41,877 nucleotides of DNA from assembly GCA_964363545.1 (NCBI GenBank), contig CAYIIQ010000001.1, positions 4,377 to 46,253 of the forward strand, written 5' to 3'. Below, one piece after another: positions 1 through 9,132 of the stretch. The notes beneath the pieces are model-generated. The model was not told the origin of the DNA and ran no database searches. It saw only the letters and a list, made by a program, of their open reading frames with translations. The position numbers and the translations under genes were made by a program. The first letter of the stretch is position 1; each line of letters begins with the position of its first letter. Source of the stretch: Candidatus Woesearchaeota archaeon. Its GTDB lineage: Archaea > Nanobdellota > Nanobdellia > Pacearchaeales > GW2011-AR1.

Positions 1-2
1 TA

Positions 3-344
3 GTTTCAGATAGATACAAACTTTCCACAATTGCGTATCAATCAACTCAAGGTCTAGACATTCAAGAGTTAATAGAAAGACATGATGAAATGCCAGTTCC
101 AGATTTAACATTCATAATAGATGTTCCAGTTGAACTAGCATCAGAAAGAATGAAGCAAGCAAAAGAAGGCAGAGAGCGAAAATTTGAAGCAAATCTAGAA
201 TTTCAGAGAAAGTTAAGAGAAACTTATTCAAGATTTCCTTTATTGCTTCGTGGAGAAGAAATAATTGTAGTAGATGGAAGATTAGAAATAGATGGATTAC
301 ATCAACAAATTGTTGATATTTACGAGCAATTCTTTCCATCTTAA
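3..344 (+). CDS. tmk: thymidylate kinase, C-terminal part (5' end outside window)
   Basis: Frame 3 is open from the window edge. The translation VSDRYKLSTIAYQSTQG...PDLTFIIDVPVELASERM...FEANLEFQRKLRETY fits the DRY-x-S-x-AYQ and PDL-x-x-x-D/LID motifs of dTMP kinases. Confidence 0.7.
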   Translation, partial: VSDRYKLSTIAYQSTQGLDIQELIERHDEMPVPDLTFIIDVPVELASERMKQAKEGRERKFEANLEFQRKLRETYSRFPLLLRGEEIIVVDGRLEIDGLHQQIVDIYEQFFPS

Positions 345-392
345 GATTTAAAAATTAAGAGTGTTCTTATAAGATTACAAAAACTTGCTTTT

Positions 393-522
393 GCCCGCGT
401 GGCACAGTGGTACTGCGTACGCTTGGAAATGAAAAATTCCTTGCTAACACCTCTTTTAAATTAGAGGAAAACAAACAGCGTATTTCCGTAAGGATTCCCA
501 GGTTCGAATCCTGGCGCGGGCG
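393..522 (+). tRNA. tRNA-Ser(GGA) with a ~48-nt intron at the canonical 37/38 position
   Basis: Acceptor GCCCGCG (393-399) pairs with CGCGGGC (515-521); discriminator is G. T arm is CCAGG-TTCGAAT-CCTGG (498-514). Anticodon stem TACGC (418-422) pairs with GCGTA (478-482), and the loop TTGGAA gives anticodon GGA. A 15-nt variable arm (483-497) is typical of class II Ser tRNA. About 48 nt are inserted after position 37. Confidence 0.75.
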
Positions 523-584
523 TCAAGCAATTTAGCAAGGCTAATTTAAATATTATTAACAAGACAGCTGCAACATTTAACAGA

Positions 585-596
585 AAAATTTATAAA
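585..596 (+). promoter_or_regulatory. TATA-like box (AAAATTTATAAA) 22 nt upstream of the ATG at 619
   Basis: An A/T box sits at the same 21-24 nt spacing from the start codon as seen at many other first genes in the window. No Shine-Dalgarno sequence is present. Confidence 0.45.
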
Positions 597-618
597 CTAA
601 AGTTTATATCATTAAACT

Positions 619-1167
619 ATGATTGATATATATAAACTAAAGTTTACTATTCTACAACAGGAAATAATAAGTTTTTTAATTATAAAAGCTGGTATGTCTT
701 TTAATGCACGAAGTATAGCAAGGCAATTAAAAGTTTCACAAACTGCAATATCAAAGTCACTTCCTTTGCTTGAAAAAGAAAAGATTGTTAAAATTAAAAA
801 AGATAAAGATTCAGGAAGATTATCAATCGAACTTAACAGAGATAATAAAAAAGTTATCAATCTAAAAAGGGTTGAAAATTTGAAGATACTCTATGAATCT
901 GAGATGGTAGAATTTTTATTAAATATTTTTCCTGCCTCCACAATAATACTTTTCGGCAGTTATTCTTTTGGAGAAGACACCATAAACTCAGACATAGATA
1001 TCGCAGTAGTCGGTTATAAACAAAAAAATATTAATCTTTCGAAGTTTGAGCAAAGGCTTGAACGTCCAATATTAATACATTTTTATCTTAGCTTTAAAGA
1101 AATAAATAAAAATCTAAAAGAGAATATATTAAATGGAATTGTATTAAAAGGGGGAGTAGAATTATGA
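619..1167 (+). CDS. winged-HTH fused to minimal nucleotidyltransferase (MNT-type antitoxin-like)
   Basis: The N-terminus is wHTH-like (ARSIARQLKVSQTAISKSLPLLEKEKIV). It is followed by the NTase signature ILFGSYSFGEDTINSDIDIAVV (GS-x9-12-D-x-D). The stop overlaps the next gene in ATGA. Confidence 0.7.
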   Translation: MIDIYKLKFTILQQEIISFLIIKAGMSFNARSIARQLKVSQTAISKSLPLLEKEKIVKIKKDKDSGRLSIELNRDNKKVINLKRVENLKILYESEMVEFLLNIFPASTIILFGSYSFGEDTINSDIDIAVVGYKQKNINLSKFEQRLERPILIHFYLSFKEINKNLKENILNGIVLKGGVEL

Positions 1168-1601
1168 AAGAGTTTAAAGAGTTTGTAGAAAAAAACATAA
1201 TAAAAAAACAAACCCCTAATAAATCAAGAGCAAGAGACTTATATGAAGAATCAGAGCGTAAATACAAATCATTAAACCGGATAATAGAAAATATTGGTCT
1301 GTTAGAAGAAAACGCGAATGACATAATAGAATATTGTTATGATATTTTAATTAGTCTTATAAGAGCAAAACTTTATTTAGAAGGCTTCAAATCGTCAGGA
1401 GAGGGTTCACACGAAGCAGAAATTTCTTATCTTCTTGAACTAAATTTCTCAGAAACTGAAACGAGGTTTATGGACGAATTAAGATATTTTAGAAATGGAA
1501 TTAAATATTATGGAAAACGTTTTGATAAAGAATACGCAAAAAAAGTCATACACTTTATGGAAGCCATTATTCTAAAATTAAAAAGGTTGATTAAATTATG
1601 A
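1164..1601 (+). CDS. HEPN-domain protein (partner of the MNT gene)
   Basis: A 4-nt ATGA overlap links it to the upstream NTase, and GGGGAG precedes the start. It is an all-helical ~145-aa protein with GSHEAE and LRYFRNGIKYYG, matching the HEPN (PF05168-like) S-H ... R-x4-Y pattern. Confidence 0.55.
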   Translation: MKEFKEFVEKNIIKKQTPNKSRARDLYEESERKYKSLNRIIENIGLLEENANDIIEYCYDILISLIRAKLYLEGFKSSGEGSHEAEISYLLELNFSETETRFMDELRYFRNGIKYYGKRFDKEYAKKVIHFMEAIILKLKRLIKL

Positions 1602-1657
1602 AAGTCTTACTTCTATAAAAACAATAATTATTTATATTTAATAAGTTTAGTTAAAAA

Positions 1658-2059
1658 ATGAAAAAACCAAAATCAGAAAAATACTGGAGAAAAAAACTAG
1701 CTCCAAAACAATTCCACATTCTAAGAGAAAAAGGAACAGAAATGCCATTTACAGGCGAGCTTCTTTATAACAAAGAAAGGGGCACATATTTATGCGCAGC
1801 ATGTGGAGTAAAACTTTTTTCCTCAAAAACAAAATATGATTCAGGAAGTGGCTGGCCAAGCTTCTGGAAGCCAATAAAAGGAAGTACAAAAGCAGATAAA
1901 GATCATGCTTACTTGATGGAAAGAACTGGAGCGATATGCAAAAAATGTGGTTCTCATCTCGGACATATTTTTAATGACGGACCAAAACCAACTGGTTTAA
2001 GATACTGCATAAACTCTGCTGCATTAAAATTTAAGAAAGCTTCAAAAAATGAAAGATAG
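1658..2059 (+). CDS. msrB: peptide-methionine (R)-S-oxide reductase
   Basis: Two CxxC zinc motifs ([21 protein letters not shown]), GWPSFW, and the catalytic RYCINSAAL motif. Confidence 0.95.
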   Translation: MKKPKSEKYWRKKLAPKQFHILREKGTEMPFTGELLYNKERGTYLCAACGVKLFSSKTKYDSGSGWPSFWKPIKGSTKADKDHAYLMERTGAICKKCGSHLGHIFNDGPKPTGLRYCINSAALKFKKASKNER

Positions 2060-2326
2060 AAAAGTCGCATTAATTACAATCTCAATCATCAGAAAAGAAA
2101 CTGCAACCTTAAGATGAGACATCCTCTGTAAGTTAAAGCAGGCAGATTTCTTGTGAAAATTTTAACTGCCAAGAAATTACTACATAACAATAAACTTAAA
2201 AAGACTAATACAATAGTATTTTTATGCTGAAAATAATAACTAAAGATTTAGATCAATTGAGTGGATTAAACAAAGAAGTTAAATACTAATTTAGGATAAT
2301 TGATAGTATATTACTTGACTTATTTA

Positions 2327-2806
2327 ATGAAAAAGATATTCCAAGACCTAATGGAAAGGTTAAAAACGATTTTTGGAAGGGATTTATTGGAGGTAAATAG
2401 AATGGTGGCCCAACTTGATAATTTAATAAAAACTGTTGATATATCAATAAATCATAATACTGAACGTGGATTGAAAATATTAAATGATTATTTAGAGAGG
2501 GGTCATTTGGATAGAGAACAGATGGGGTTAGTGCTTATAGCAGCTATACCTTACCTTAGTTTTGAACAAGTAAATTCATTACAGAAAGTCTATCAAAAAA
2601 GATTTGGAGGATATTGCAGATCTTTAGTTAGTAGATGTATTGATAGATTTCATGGAGATATGCCTGTACTTATAGGAAAAGATGGTGTACCTATAGAAGT
2701 AACCGATGACTATTTTGATAGTTTATTAGAACCTAAAATAACTATTACTGATAATTACTGTAATACCTGCCTTGAGAAAAGGATAGAGAAAGAAAATGAA
2801 ATGTAA
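2327..2806 (+). CDS. hypothetical protein
   Basis: The ORF track starts at a TTG (2300). The first ATG (2327, MKKIFQDL...) is the more likely start. I recognise no domain. Confidence 0.45.
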   Translation: MKKIFQDLMERLKTIFGRDLLEVNRMVAQLDNLIKTVDISINHNTERGLKILNDYLERGHLDREQMGLVLIAAIPYLSFEQVNSLQKVYQKRFGGYCRSLVSRCIDRFHGDMPVLIGKDGVPIEVTDDYFDSLLEPKITITDNYCNTCLEKRIEKENEM

Positions 2807-2894
2807 GAAATGTTTATATATGTGGGAAACTAGAGTAAAAGATCCTAAATTTACAAGGGAAATATTTAAAAATAACAGTTGATATAAAATTATA

Positions 2895-3725
2895 ATGAAA
2901 AAAGAAATTTTAATTACACTGCTTATAATTGCAATTCTCTCGACTCTATCTTCAGCAGCAACAACCACAATAACAGTAAAAACTCTTCCTAGTTCAAGAG
3001 TAGAAATTTATGTTCTTGACTCCTCTGAAGCTTATTACTCTATACAAAGTTTTTTCAAAGATTCGGGTGGAAGTGGAGAAGTTTCAGTTGTGCACACTTC
3101 TGATTTAAACAAGTTTGATATTAAACTAATAATAAAAAGATTTAATGTGAAAGTATATTCTGAAACGCATGAAGATTTTGAAGCCGGAAATCCGGTAACT
3201 CTTTATGCTTTAGTCTCTCCAGAAAATGAAACACAACAAACTCCGACTGAAACAAATACAACTCAGATAAATGAAACTTCTCAACAACAGACAAATATTA
3301 CAGAGAATACAACAGAAACTATAACTAATGCTGAAATTTTCGAAGGCGAGCAAGAAACTACACTCAAAGAAGAAGAATCTTCCCAACCAGCTACAAGCTT
3401 TGCAATATCTGAAAATTTTAAAAAAATATCTAAAAAAGTCTATTACGTTATTGGAATAGTCATACTTGTCGCAGTTGTTTTATTTGTTGGAATTTCTGTA
3501 GCTAGAAGAATGCGAGTTCCGTCAGACATCAAAATAACAAAAATGAGTGAAAAAATGCAACAAATGAAAGCTTCACAAGCTGAAGTCAATCCCGAACTCA
3601 AAAAAGCAGAAGATAAATTAAGAAAAGCCCAAGATGAGCTTACTAGAGTTATGAACCGAGAAAAGATTTCTGCTATTGAAAGAAAGATGGATGATTTAAG
3701 AAAAGATTTGGAGAAATTGAAGTGA
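2895..3725 (+). CDS. type I membrane protein: signal peptide, T/N/Q-rich linker, one TM, cytoplasmic coiled coil
   Basis: N-terminal signal MKKEILITLLIIAILSTLSSA, low-complexity stretch TQQTPTETNTTQINETSQQQTNITENTTE, TM YYVIGIVILVAVVLFVGISVA, and a K/E-rich heptad-like tail. Confidence 0.6.
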   Translation: MKKEILITLLIIAILSTLSSAATTTITVKTLPSSRVEIYVLDSSEAYYSIQSFFKDSGGSGEVSVVHTSDLNKFDIKLIIKRFNVKVYSETHEDFEAGNPVTLYALVSPENETQQTPTETNTTQINETSQQQTNITENTTETITNAEIFEGEQETTLKEEESSQPATSFAISENFKKISKKVYYVIGIVILVAVVLFVGISVARRMRVPSDIKITKMSEKMQQMKASQAEVNPELKKAEDKLRKAQDELTRVMNREKISAIERKMDDLRKDLEKLK

Positions 3726-3809
3726 AAGAGCAAAATATATTTTATATCTTATAATAAGGTATAATCAAGTAAATATCACAAAAATTTATACAATTAATTG
3801 AAATAAACT

Positions 3810-4058
3810 CTAACCATAAATACTTCTTCTATGCCCGATCTTTAAAACTAAAATTACTAGATTATTTTTATCTATGTCAAGTATTAATCGATAATCTCCA
3901 ACTCTTAATTTATATTCAGGTTCTCCAATAATCTTTTCAACAAAATGTTCGGGCCGAATTTTAATTCTTTCTATAACTGCCCCTATTCTTTCTTGTATGT
4001 GTTTTTCAAGTTTCAGAAATTGTCGTTTTGCTTTATCTGTAAAAATAACTTCATACAT
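3810..4058 (-). CDS. relE: RelE/ParE-family type II toxin
   Basis: An 82-aa protein MYEVIFTDKAKRQFLKL...YKLRVGDYRLILDIDKNNLVILVLKIGHRRSIY with the typical RelE/StbE fold signature. It overlaps the upstream small gene by 8 nt. Confidence 0.85.
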   Translation of the reverse strand: MYEVIFTDKAKRQFLKLEKHIQERIGAVIERIKIRPEHFVEKIIGEPEYKLRVGDYRLILDIDKNNLVILVLKIGHRRSIYG

Positions 4059-4275
4059 TTAATTTTAGCTCCTTCTTAATATCTTCCCATTTGTGAACTT
4101 TTCCTGCCCTTGCTTCTGTTCGTGCTTCAACAATTTCTTTCTTAGTTTCTTCAGAAAGCTCCATAGTATCCTCTATTAAATCCCAAATAACTTCCTCATA
4201 ACTTTCTTTCTTGCTTAATTTTCTTTTTTTTAAAGTCTCAAGCAAATTCTTACTAACTTGAATAGTAGTTTCCAT
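4051..4275 (-). CDS. cognate antitoxin (small acidic helical protein)
   Basis: A 74-aa ORF directly upstream of relE and overlapping it. A TATA-like box (rc CATTTATATA) lies 23 nt upstream of its ATG. Confidence 0.6.
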   Translation of the reverse strand: METTIQVSKNLLETLKKRKLSKKESYEEVIWDLIEDTMELSEETKKEIVEARTEARAGKVHKWEDIKKELKLNV

Positions 4276-4395
4276 AGTAATAATATAACTCGCTATAGTA
4301 TATAAATGTTTCGTTCAATATAAAAAGATAATCAAGTTTCATACAAAAAAATCTAACCACAAACCTCTTCTTTACAATCCATCCATAACTTAATC

Positions 4396-4950
4396 CTAAT
4401 CACTCATATTCTTTATAAACAACGTTGCTCCATGCATCTCTTGATTAAAGTTTATCTTTGCCCCTCTTACACTCAACCTTACTCCTTCTTTCACACTCGG
4501 CCTGAAATCTCCTAATGCGCAACTTATTCTCAAAACTCCTTCAAAAATATGTGTTGGATTGTTAGGAATTACCAACACCCTCAACAACGCTCTACCCCCT
4601 TCAGAACCTTCAGGCAATCCAAGTGAAGGATCAACTGGCCCATAAGAATCAAATGTAATCAACTCTGTAGCTATCCAACTTCCTCTTCCTATAACCCCAC
4701 CTAATGAATTTTCATGAATAAATTTTCCACTACCTATAACTTCTTCTGTATCAACATTAAATGTCCCACTACCATTAAGAATAAGTATGTCTCCACTTGA
4801 CCTCTCTACTGTTTCTGAAGCTCCAAATCCTTCAAGAATCCCTTCTCCAATTAAATAAGTATAATTCCCGCTTTCTCTTGCTGCTATCAATGGCAAAGAA
4901 AGCATAACTACAAAGAAGCTTAACAAAAAAATCATAAAATTTTTTCTCAT
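4396..4950 (-). CDS. secreted hypothetical protein
   Basis: N-terminal signal MRKNFMIFLLSFFVVMLSLPLIAA. The rest is G/S/E-rich and looks beta-rich. No recognised domain. Confidence 0.55.
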   Translation of the reverse strand: MRKNFMIFLLSFFVVMLSLPLIAARESGNYTYLIGEGILEGFGASETVERSSGDILILNGSGTFNVDTEEVIGSGKFIHENSLGGVIGRGSWIATELITFDSYGPVDPSLGLPEGSEGGRALLRVLVIPNNPTHIFEGVLRISCALGDFRPSVKEGVRLSVRGAKINFNQEMHGATLFIKNMSD

Positions 4951-5124
4951 TTTTACCTCGTTTTATTTTGAACATTATCTAATATAAAGGTGAATTTATA
5001 AATATATATGTAAAAAATTACAATAAAACAATAGTTACCTTAAGATGATAAATATAAGCAAACAAAACAAACCTAGCTACTCTTTCACAATTAAATTTAA
5101 AAAACAAAGATTCTTATAAGAAGA

Positions 5125-5424
5125 ATGGAAAAAGAGCTTGGAAAAGTACAAAAAAACGACACAACTGACATAATAGTAAGAATTGATGATTTTGGCGGAA
5201 AAAGAGGTTTAACAATAAGAGAATTTGTAACATCTGACAGATATACAGGATTCACAAAACAAGGCACTAGAATACCAATTGAAAAGTTTCTCGAATTCAG
5301 AGAAATAATAAATAAAGTTAACTTAAATGATTTAACAGAAGAAAAAAGCGAAAAAACTGAAGAAAAAGTTGCTGAAACTCAAGAAGATGAAGAATTAGAA
5401 GAAGATGAAGAAGTTGATTATTAA
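5125..5424 (+). CDS. PC4/p15-like ssDNA-binding protein with acidic tail
   Basis: IVRIDDFGGKRGLTIREFVTSDRYTGFTKQGTRIPIEKFLEFREII follows the PC4 pattern (F-x-G-K-x-x-hydrophobic-x-IRE ... KGI-x-hydrophobic ... W/F). The C-terminus is EDEELEEDEE. Confidence 0.5.
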   Translation: MEKELGKVQKNDTTDIIVRIDDFGGKRGLTIREFVTSDRYTGFTKQGTRIPIEKFLEFREIINKVNLNDLTEEKSEKTEEKVAETQEDEELEEDEEVDY

Positions 5425-5503
5425 CTTACTTAATCGATGTTAAGGATTCGGCATTTTTTATATCAAATTCTTATATTATTTTTATTTTATAACAAACCAA
5501 ACA

Positions 5504-5833
5504 CTACAAATTCTTCTCAATCCACGCCTTCAAACCTGCTTCAGGAATTGTCCCAATAAATTCGCCAACAACCTTGCCTTTCTTAAACATTTTTACAGTT
5601 GGAATACTTCTTATATCAAATTTTTCTGCCAACTTAGGATTTTCCTCAACACTCAATTTTGCAAGAATAAATTTTCCCTTATATTCTTGAGCAACTTTCT
5701 CAATTAAAGGAGATAAAACACGACACGGATGACACCACGATGCCCAGAAATCGACAACAATTGGAACTTTTTTGCTTCTTACAACAACCTCTTTTTCAAA
5801 ATTTTTCTCACTGATTTCTATCACATTTTCCAT
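5504..5833 (-). CDS. trxA: thioredoxin (active site WCHPC)
   Basis: VVDFWASWCHPCRVLSPLIEKVAQEY and IRSIPTVKMFKKGK are classic thioredoxin-fold motifs. The track start (5845) is a TTG; the first ATG is at 5833. Confidence 0.9.
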   Translation of the reverse strand: MENVIEISEKNFEKEVVVRSKKVPIVVDFWASWCHPCRVLSPLIEKVAQEYKGKFILAKLSVEENPKLAEKFDIRSIPTVKMFKKGKVVGEFIGTIPEAGLKAWIEKNL

Positions 5834-5834
5834 C

Positions 5835-6017
5835 TTAACTCTCAAGCTTTATACCAAGTTTTTTCAATTCTTCTACATGAGCTTTTATCAAACTCTCTGC
5901 AATTTGTGCAATTCTTATAAGTTCATTTCTTTCATTAATAAGAGTTTGAATCGCCCCTTTATGAAATCCAGTTTGCTCTTCTCTTGACATTTTTACATTA
6001 TTCTTGTCATTTACCAT
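5835..6017 (-). CDS. small helical hypothetical protein, translationally coupled to trx
   Basis: A 60-aa ORF whose TAA lies 1 nt before the trx ATG (TAAGATG). A TATA-like box (rc ATTTAAAAG) sits 21 nt upstream of its ATG. Confidence 0.4.
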   Translation of the reverse strand: MVNDKNNVKMSREEQTGFHKGAIQTLINERNELIRIAQIAESLIKAHVEELKKLGIKLES

Positions 6018-6207
6018 TAGAAAAAGAAAATATTTATACTTTTAAATGTTTGTGAAAATTTTTTTATAAGTTAATTAATTCTTGCATGTTTTTTATTAAA
6101 TGAATTTAGTTAATGTTATCACAAAATCCATGAGCTGTAAAGTAAAAATCAGGTTAAAATTGCCCAAAATCCATCAAATTTAAAAACTAATTTTTCTTCA
6201 GCAAATT

Positions 6208-6465
6208 ATGACAACTTTCTTAGACATAGCAAACACTTTCAACATAGATCCAAAAGCTCTCATTTTACTTATTATATGGAGTCTAACTTGGAAGGGAATC
6301 GCGCTTTGGAAAGCTGGAAGAAAAAAACATCTTGTCTGGTTTATAGTTATACTTATAATAAATACAATTGGCATTCTAGAGATTCTTTACATCTTCCTTT
6401 TTTCTGGGCTGAAATTTGAGAAAAAACAAGCTGTAAAATTTAGAGAAAAGAAAAGAAAAAAATAA
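6208..6465 (+). CDS. small 2-TM membrane protein, DUF5652-like
   Basis: WSLTWKGIALWKAGRKKHLVWFIVILIINTIGILEILYIFLF matches the W-K-G-x-A-L-W-K-A ... N-T-x-G-I-L-E motif recalled for DUF5652. Confidence 0.55.
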   Translation: MTTFLDIANTFNIDPKALILLIIWSLTWKGIALWKAGRKKHLVWFIVILIINTIGILEILYIFLFSGLKFEKKQAVKFREKKRKK

Positions 6466-6534
6466 CTGAAAATATTTTAAATATAATAATCTATCAACAA
6501 AAAACTTCTAAATTTCTAAAACACTTAACTATTT

Positions 6535-7320
6535 TCAAACCTTTGCTTTTCTCCTATATCTCCTTTCAATAGCCAACAAAATCATAGCTCCTAAAACTGC
6601 AACAACAAAAATATAAACAAAAGTGCTGTTCTTAAAACCATAAACATCACTTGCATTTTCTGGAGAAATTCCAACAGTCAAAGGAGTTCTTTCATTCAAC
6701 CTTTCGTCAAGTATTCCGATAACATTTCCTGTTAACGCCACATTGCTTCTAGTTAAACTCGTCTTTCCATCAGTTACCTTAACACTATAAGTCCCATCAG
6801 GCGCAATTAATCTAAAACTCACACTTTCTCCAATACCCAAATCAACTTCTTTACTCCCGATACTCTCTCCAATTAAAATCTGAACATTTTTTGAATATCG
6901 AGAATTTCCTGTATTTGTTATTGTCAAAACATCACCACTCAACTCGAATCTTGCCAACTCTTCTGTCTGAATAAAAAATAAAGTCGTGCTCTCAATAACA
7001 CTCTCGTCATTTTCTTTATAAGAGGCAGTTATTTTCCAATATCCTGCCAAAGCATTTTCTCCAAGAGAAACATCAACGGGCTTGTTCGCTTCAATTGTTT
7101 TTTCAATTCTGTTTTTCTTTTCAGAATCTTCAAAAACCAAATTAACATTACCACTAACCGGATTATTTTGCGAATCTAAAAGAGAAACTATAACAGTAAC
7201 GTTTTCTCCAGCTAGATAACTTTCTTTTGTAGTCGAAACTTCAATCTTGCTTGTTTGAGCTACAACTAAAACTGCCAATAAAACTACAAAAAATAAAAAT
7301 GCTAAACTCTTTTTCATCAT
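6535..7320 (-). CDS. secreted, C-terminally TM-anchored hypothetical protein
   Basis: Signal MMKKSLAFLFFVVLLAVLVVAQT, a beta-rich ectodomain, and C-terminal TM FVYIFVVAVLGAMILLAI followed by RRYRRKAKV. The track start (7335) is a TTG; the ATG at 7320 lies 18 nt from a TATA-like box. Confidence 0.55.
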   Translation of the reverse strand: MMKKSLAFLFFVVLLAVLVVAQTSKIEVSTTKESYLAGENVTVIVSLLDSQNNPVSGNVNLVFEDSEKKNRIEKTIEANKPVDVSLGENALAGYWKITASYKENDESVIESTTLFFIQTEELARFELSGDVLTITNTGNSRYSKNVQILIGESIGSKEVDLGIGESVSFRLIAPDGTYSVKVTDGKTSLTRSNVALTGNVIGILDERLNERTPLTVGISPENASDVYGFKNSTFVYIFVVAVLGAMILLAIERRYRRKAKV

Positions 7321-7436
7321 ACTACAATAATTCAAGCATATTTAAAAATATCGATTATGAGTTTTATAAAACTCTTTTTCTTAAAACAAGGAGACAACGC
7401 CGAAATCTTTAAATATCCCTTCATACAAAAATAAAT

Positions 7437-9038
7437 ATGCAAATAAAAAGAGTGACAATTTTCTTGTTTATTATAATCTTAATTATTCCCACTGTTTTCG
7501 CACTAAACGCTGACTTCGCAATTTACACAGGAAGTGGAACATGGGATCATAGTATTACAGCATTCAAAAAATTTCTTGAATGGAAAAACTTAACATGGGG
7601 AGAAGTAAATGCTTGGGATATTAACAACCGAAATTTAAGCGAGTTATATAAAGGTTTATTCGTACCGGGAGGCTGGGCATACAACTACAAAAAATCTATT
7701 CACTCAAAAGGAAATGAAAATATCCGCGAGTTTGTAGAAAGTGGCAATGCCTATATAGGTATGAGTGCAGGTGCTTACTATGCTTGTGATAATGTAAGAT
7801 GGCAAGGTACAAATTATCCTTATTATCTAAACTTATTTCACGGAGATTGTATTGGCCCGATAGATGAAATTGCTCCTTGGCCAAATTATGTCATGAATAC
7901 AATGTCTATAAATCAATCACATCCTGCTAACATTTACGAGCCTGCAACAGAAGATATCTTATATTATGGAGAGCCATACTTTATTCCTTACACAGGACAA
8001 GAAATGCAAGTTCTAGCAAGATGGATTGTTCCTTCAAATCTTCAAGCCCATAATGCTCCTGGAATTATAAGCTTTGATTATGGAAGTGGTAGAGTTTTAT
8101 TAGTTGGCCCACATCCAGAAATCGAAGAAAACAGCGACAGAGACGGCAATAGTTTTGGAAGCGAACTAAATGACAATGGCTCTGACTGGCCTTTCTTATG
8201 GACAGCTGTTGACTGGCTTTTACAAAATCCAATAACACAACCTCCTGAATTGCCACAAGGCAACAACTCAACAGCAGATGGTATCCCTCCTACAATACAT
8301 TCAATTTCAGACATGCCAGATCCTCTAACTGCAGGCACATTTTTAACAATTAAAGCAAATGTTACAGATAATGTTGCTATACAATCAGTTTGGGTAAATA
8401 TTCTTGAAATGAACTATTTGATGAGTGTTGAAAAAGGTCCTGGAGCAACTATCTTTTATGACAATTTTGAATCCAGAACTCTTACAGGCTGGACAAATAC
8501 AGCAGTTTCCGGAGCTCTGAAATGGACAGCTTCGACAACAAACCCACAACAAGGAAGCTGGCATGCACAATCTCAACCTCGCTCAACATCAGAGCCTGCA
8601 AGTGTATTAGAAAGACAGATAAGTACAATAGGTTACGAAAATATAAAATTTAGTTATTATAGAAGACTTGTTGAATTAGATTCTGGAGATGAATTTAAAG
8701 TAAAATGGTTTGATGGAACAAGTTGGATATTCTTAGAACAAACCGGAAGCAATTCAGCAAGAGACAGCAGTTACAAATATAAAGAGTTTGCTCTTCCTTC
8801 ATCTGCAAACAACAACGCCAACTTCAGAATAAAGTTTGAGTGTACGGCAGGAGCTGTTTCTGAATTCTGTCGTGTGGATAATGTAAACATTTCTGCATCA
8901 AGTGCTCCTACTGGATTTTACAAATATGTTTATAATACAACAGGCTTAACAAACACCACTTATCTTTATACAATTTACGCAAATGACACTTCAGGCAATC
9001 AACCAATTCCTTCTACAGACGAATTTACAATCCTTTAA
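7437..9038 (+). CDS. secreted protein: BPL_N/class-I-glutamine-amidotransferase-like domain plus C-terminal MAM/CBM-like module shared with the two giant proteins
   Basis: Signal MQIKRVTIFLFIIILIIPTVFA. FAIYTGSGTW...LFVPGGWAYNY...FVESGNAYIGMSAGAYYACD resembles the BPL_N/GATase1-like fold. Residues ~339-490 (nt ~8451-8900) align with the N-termini of the 9333 and 14778 proteins. Confidence 0.6.
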   Translation: MQIKRVTIFLFIIILIIPTVFALNADFAIYTGSGTWDHSITAFKKFLEWKNLTWGEVNAWDINNRNLSELYKGLFVPGGWAYNYKKSIHSKGNENIREFVESGNAYIGMSAGAYYACDNVRWQGTNYPYYLNLFHGDCIGPIDEIAPWPNYVMNTMSINQSHPANIYEPATEDILYYGEPYFIPYTGQEMQVLARWIVPSNLQAHNAPGIISFDYGSGRVLLVGPHPEIEENSDRDGNSFGSELNDNGSDWPFLWTAVDWLLQNPITQPPELPQGNNSTADGIPPTIHSISDMPDPLTAGTFLTIKANVTDNVAIQSVWVNILEMNYLMSVEKGPGATIFYDNFESRTLTGWTNTAVSGALKWTASTTNPQQGSWHAQSQPRSTSEPASVLERQISTIGYENIKFSYYRRLVELDSGDEFKVKWFDGTSWIFLEQTGSNSARDSSYKYKEFALPSSANNNANFRIKFECTAGAVSEFCRVDNVNISASSAPTGFYKYVYNTTGLTNTTYLYTIYANDTSGNQPIPSTDEFTIL

Positions 9039-9132
9039 ACTTACCTTAATTCTTCATATAAAATTTTCAACCGAAACGTTTATAAGTTTTTGTGCATTAA
9101 CGCTAAGTATTAAAGATAAGCATTAATGAACA

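Noticed and set aside
2060-2326. C/D-box sRNA or other ncRNA in the 270-nt gap after msrB
   Set aside because: Only a weak TGATGA on the minus strand and an imperfect 8-bp inverted repeat (atttcttg...caagaaat) are present. No properly spaced C/D/C'/D' boxes were found.
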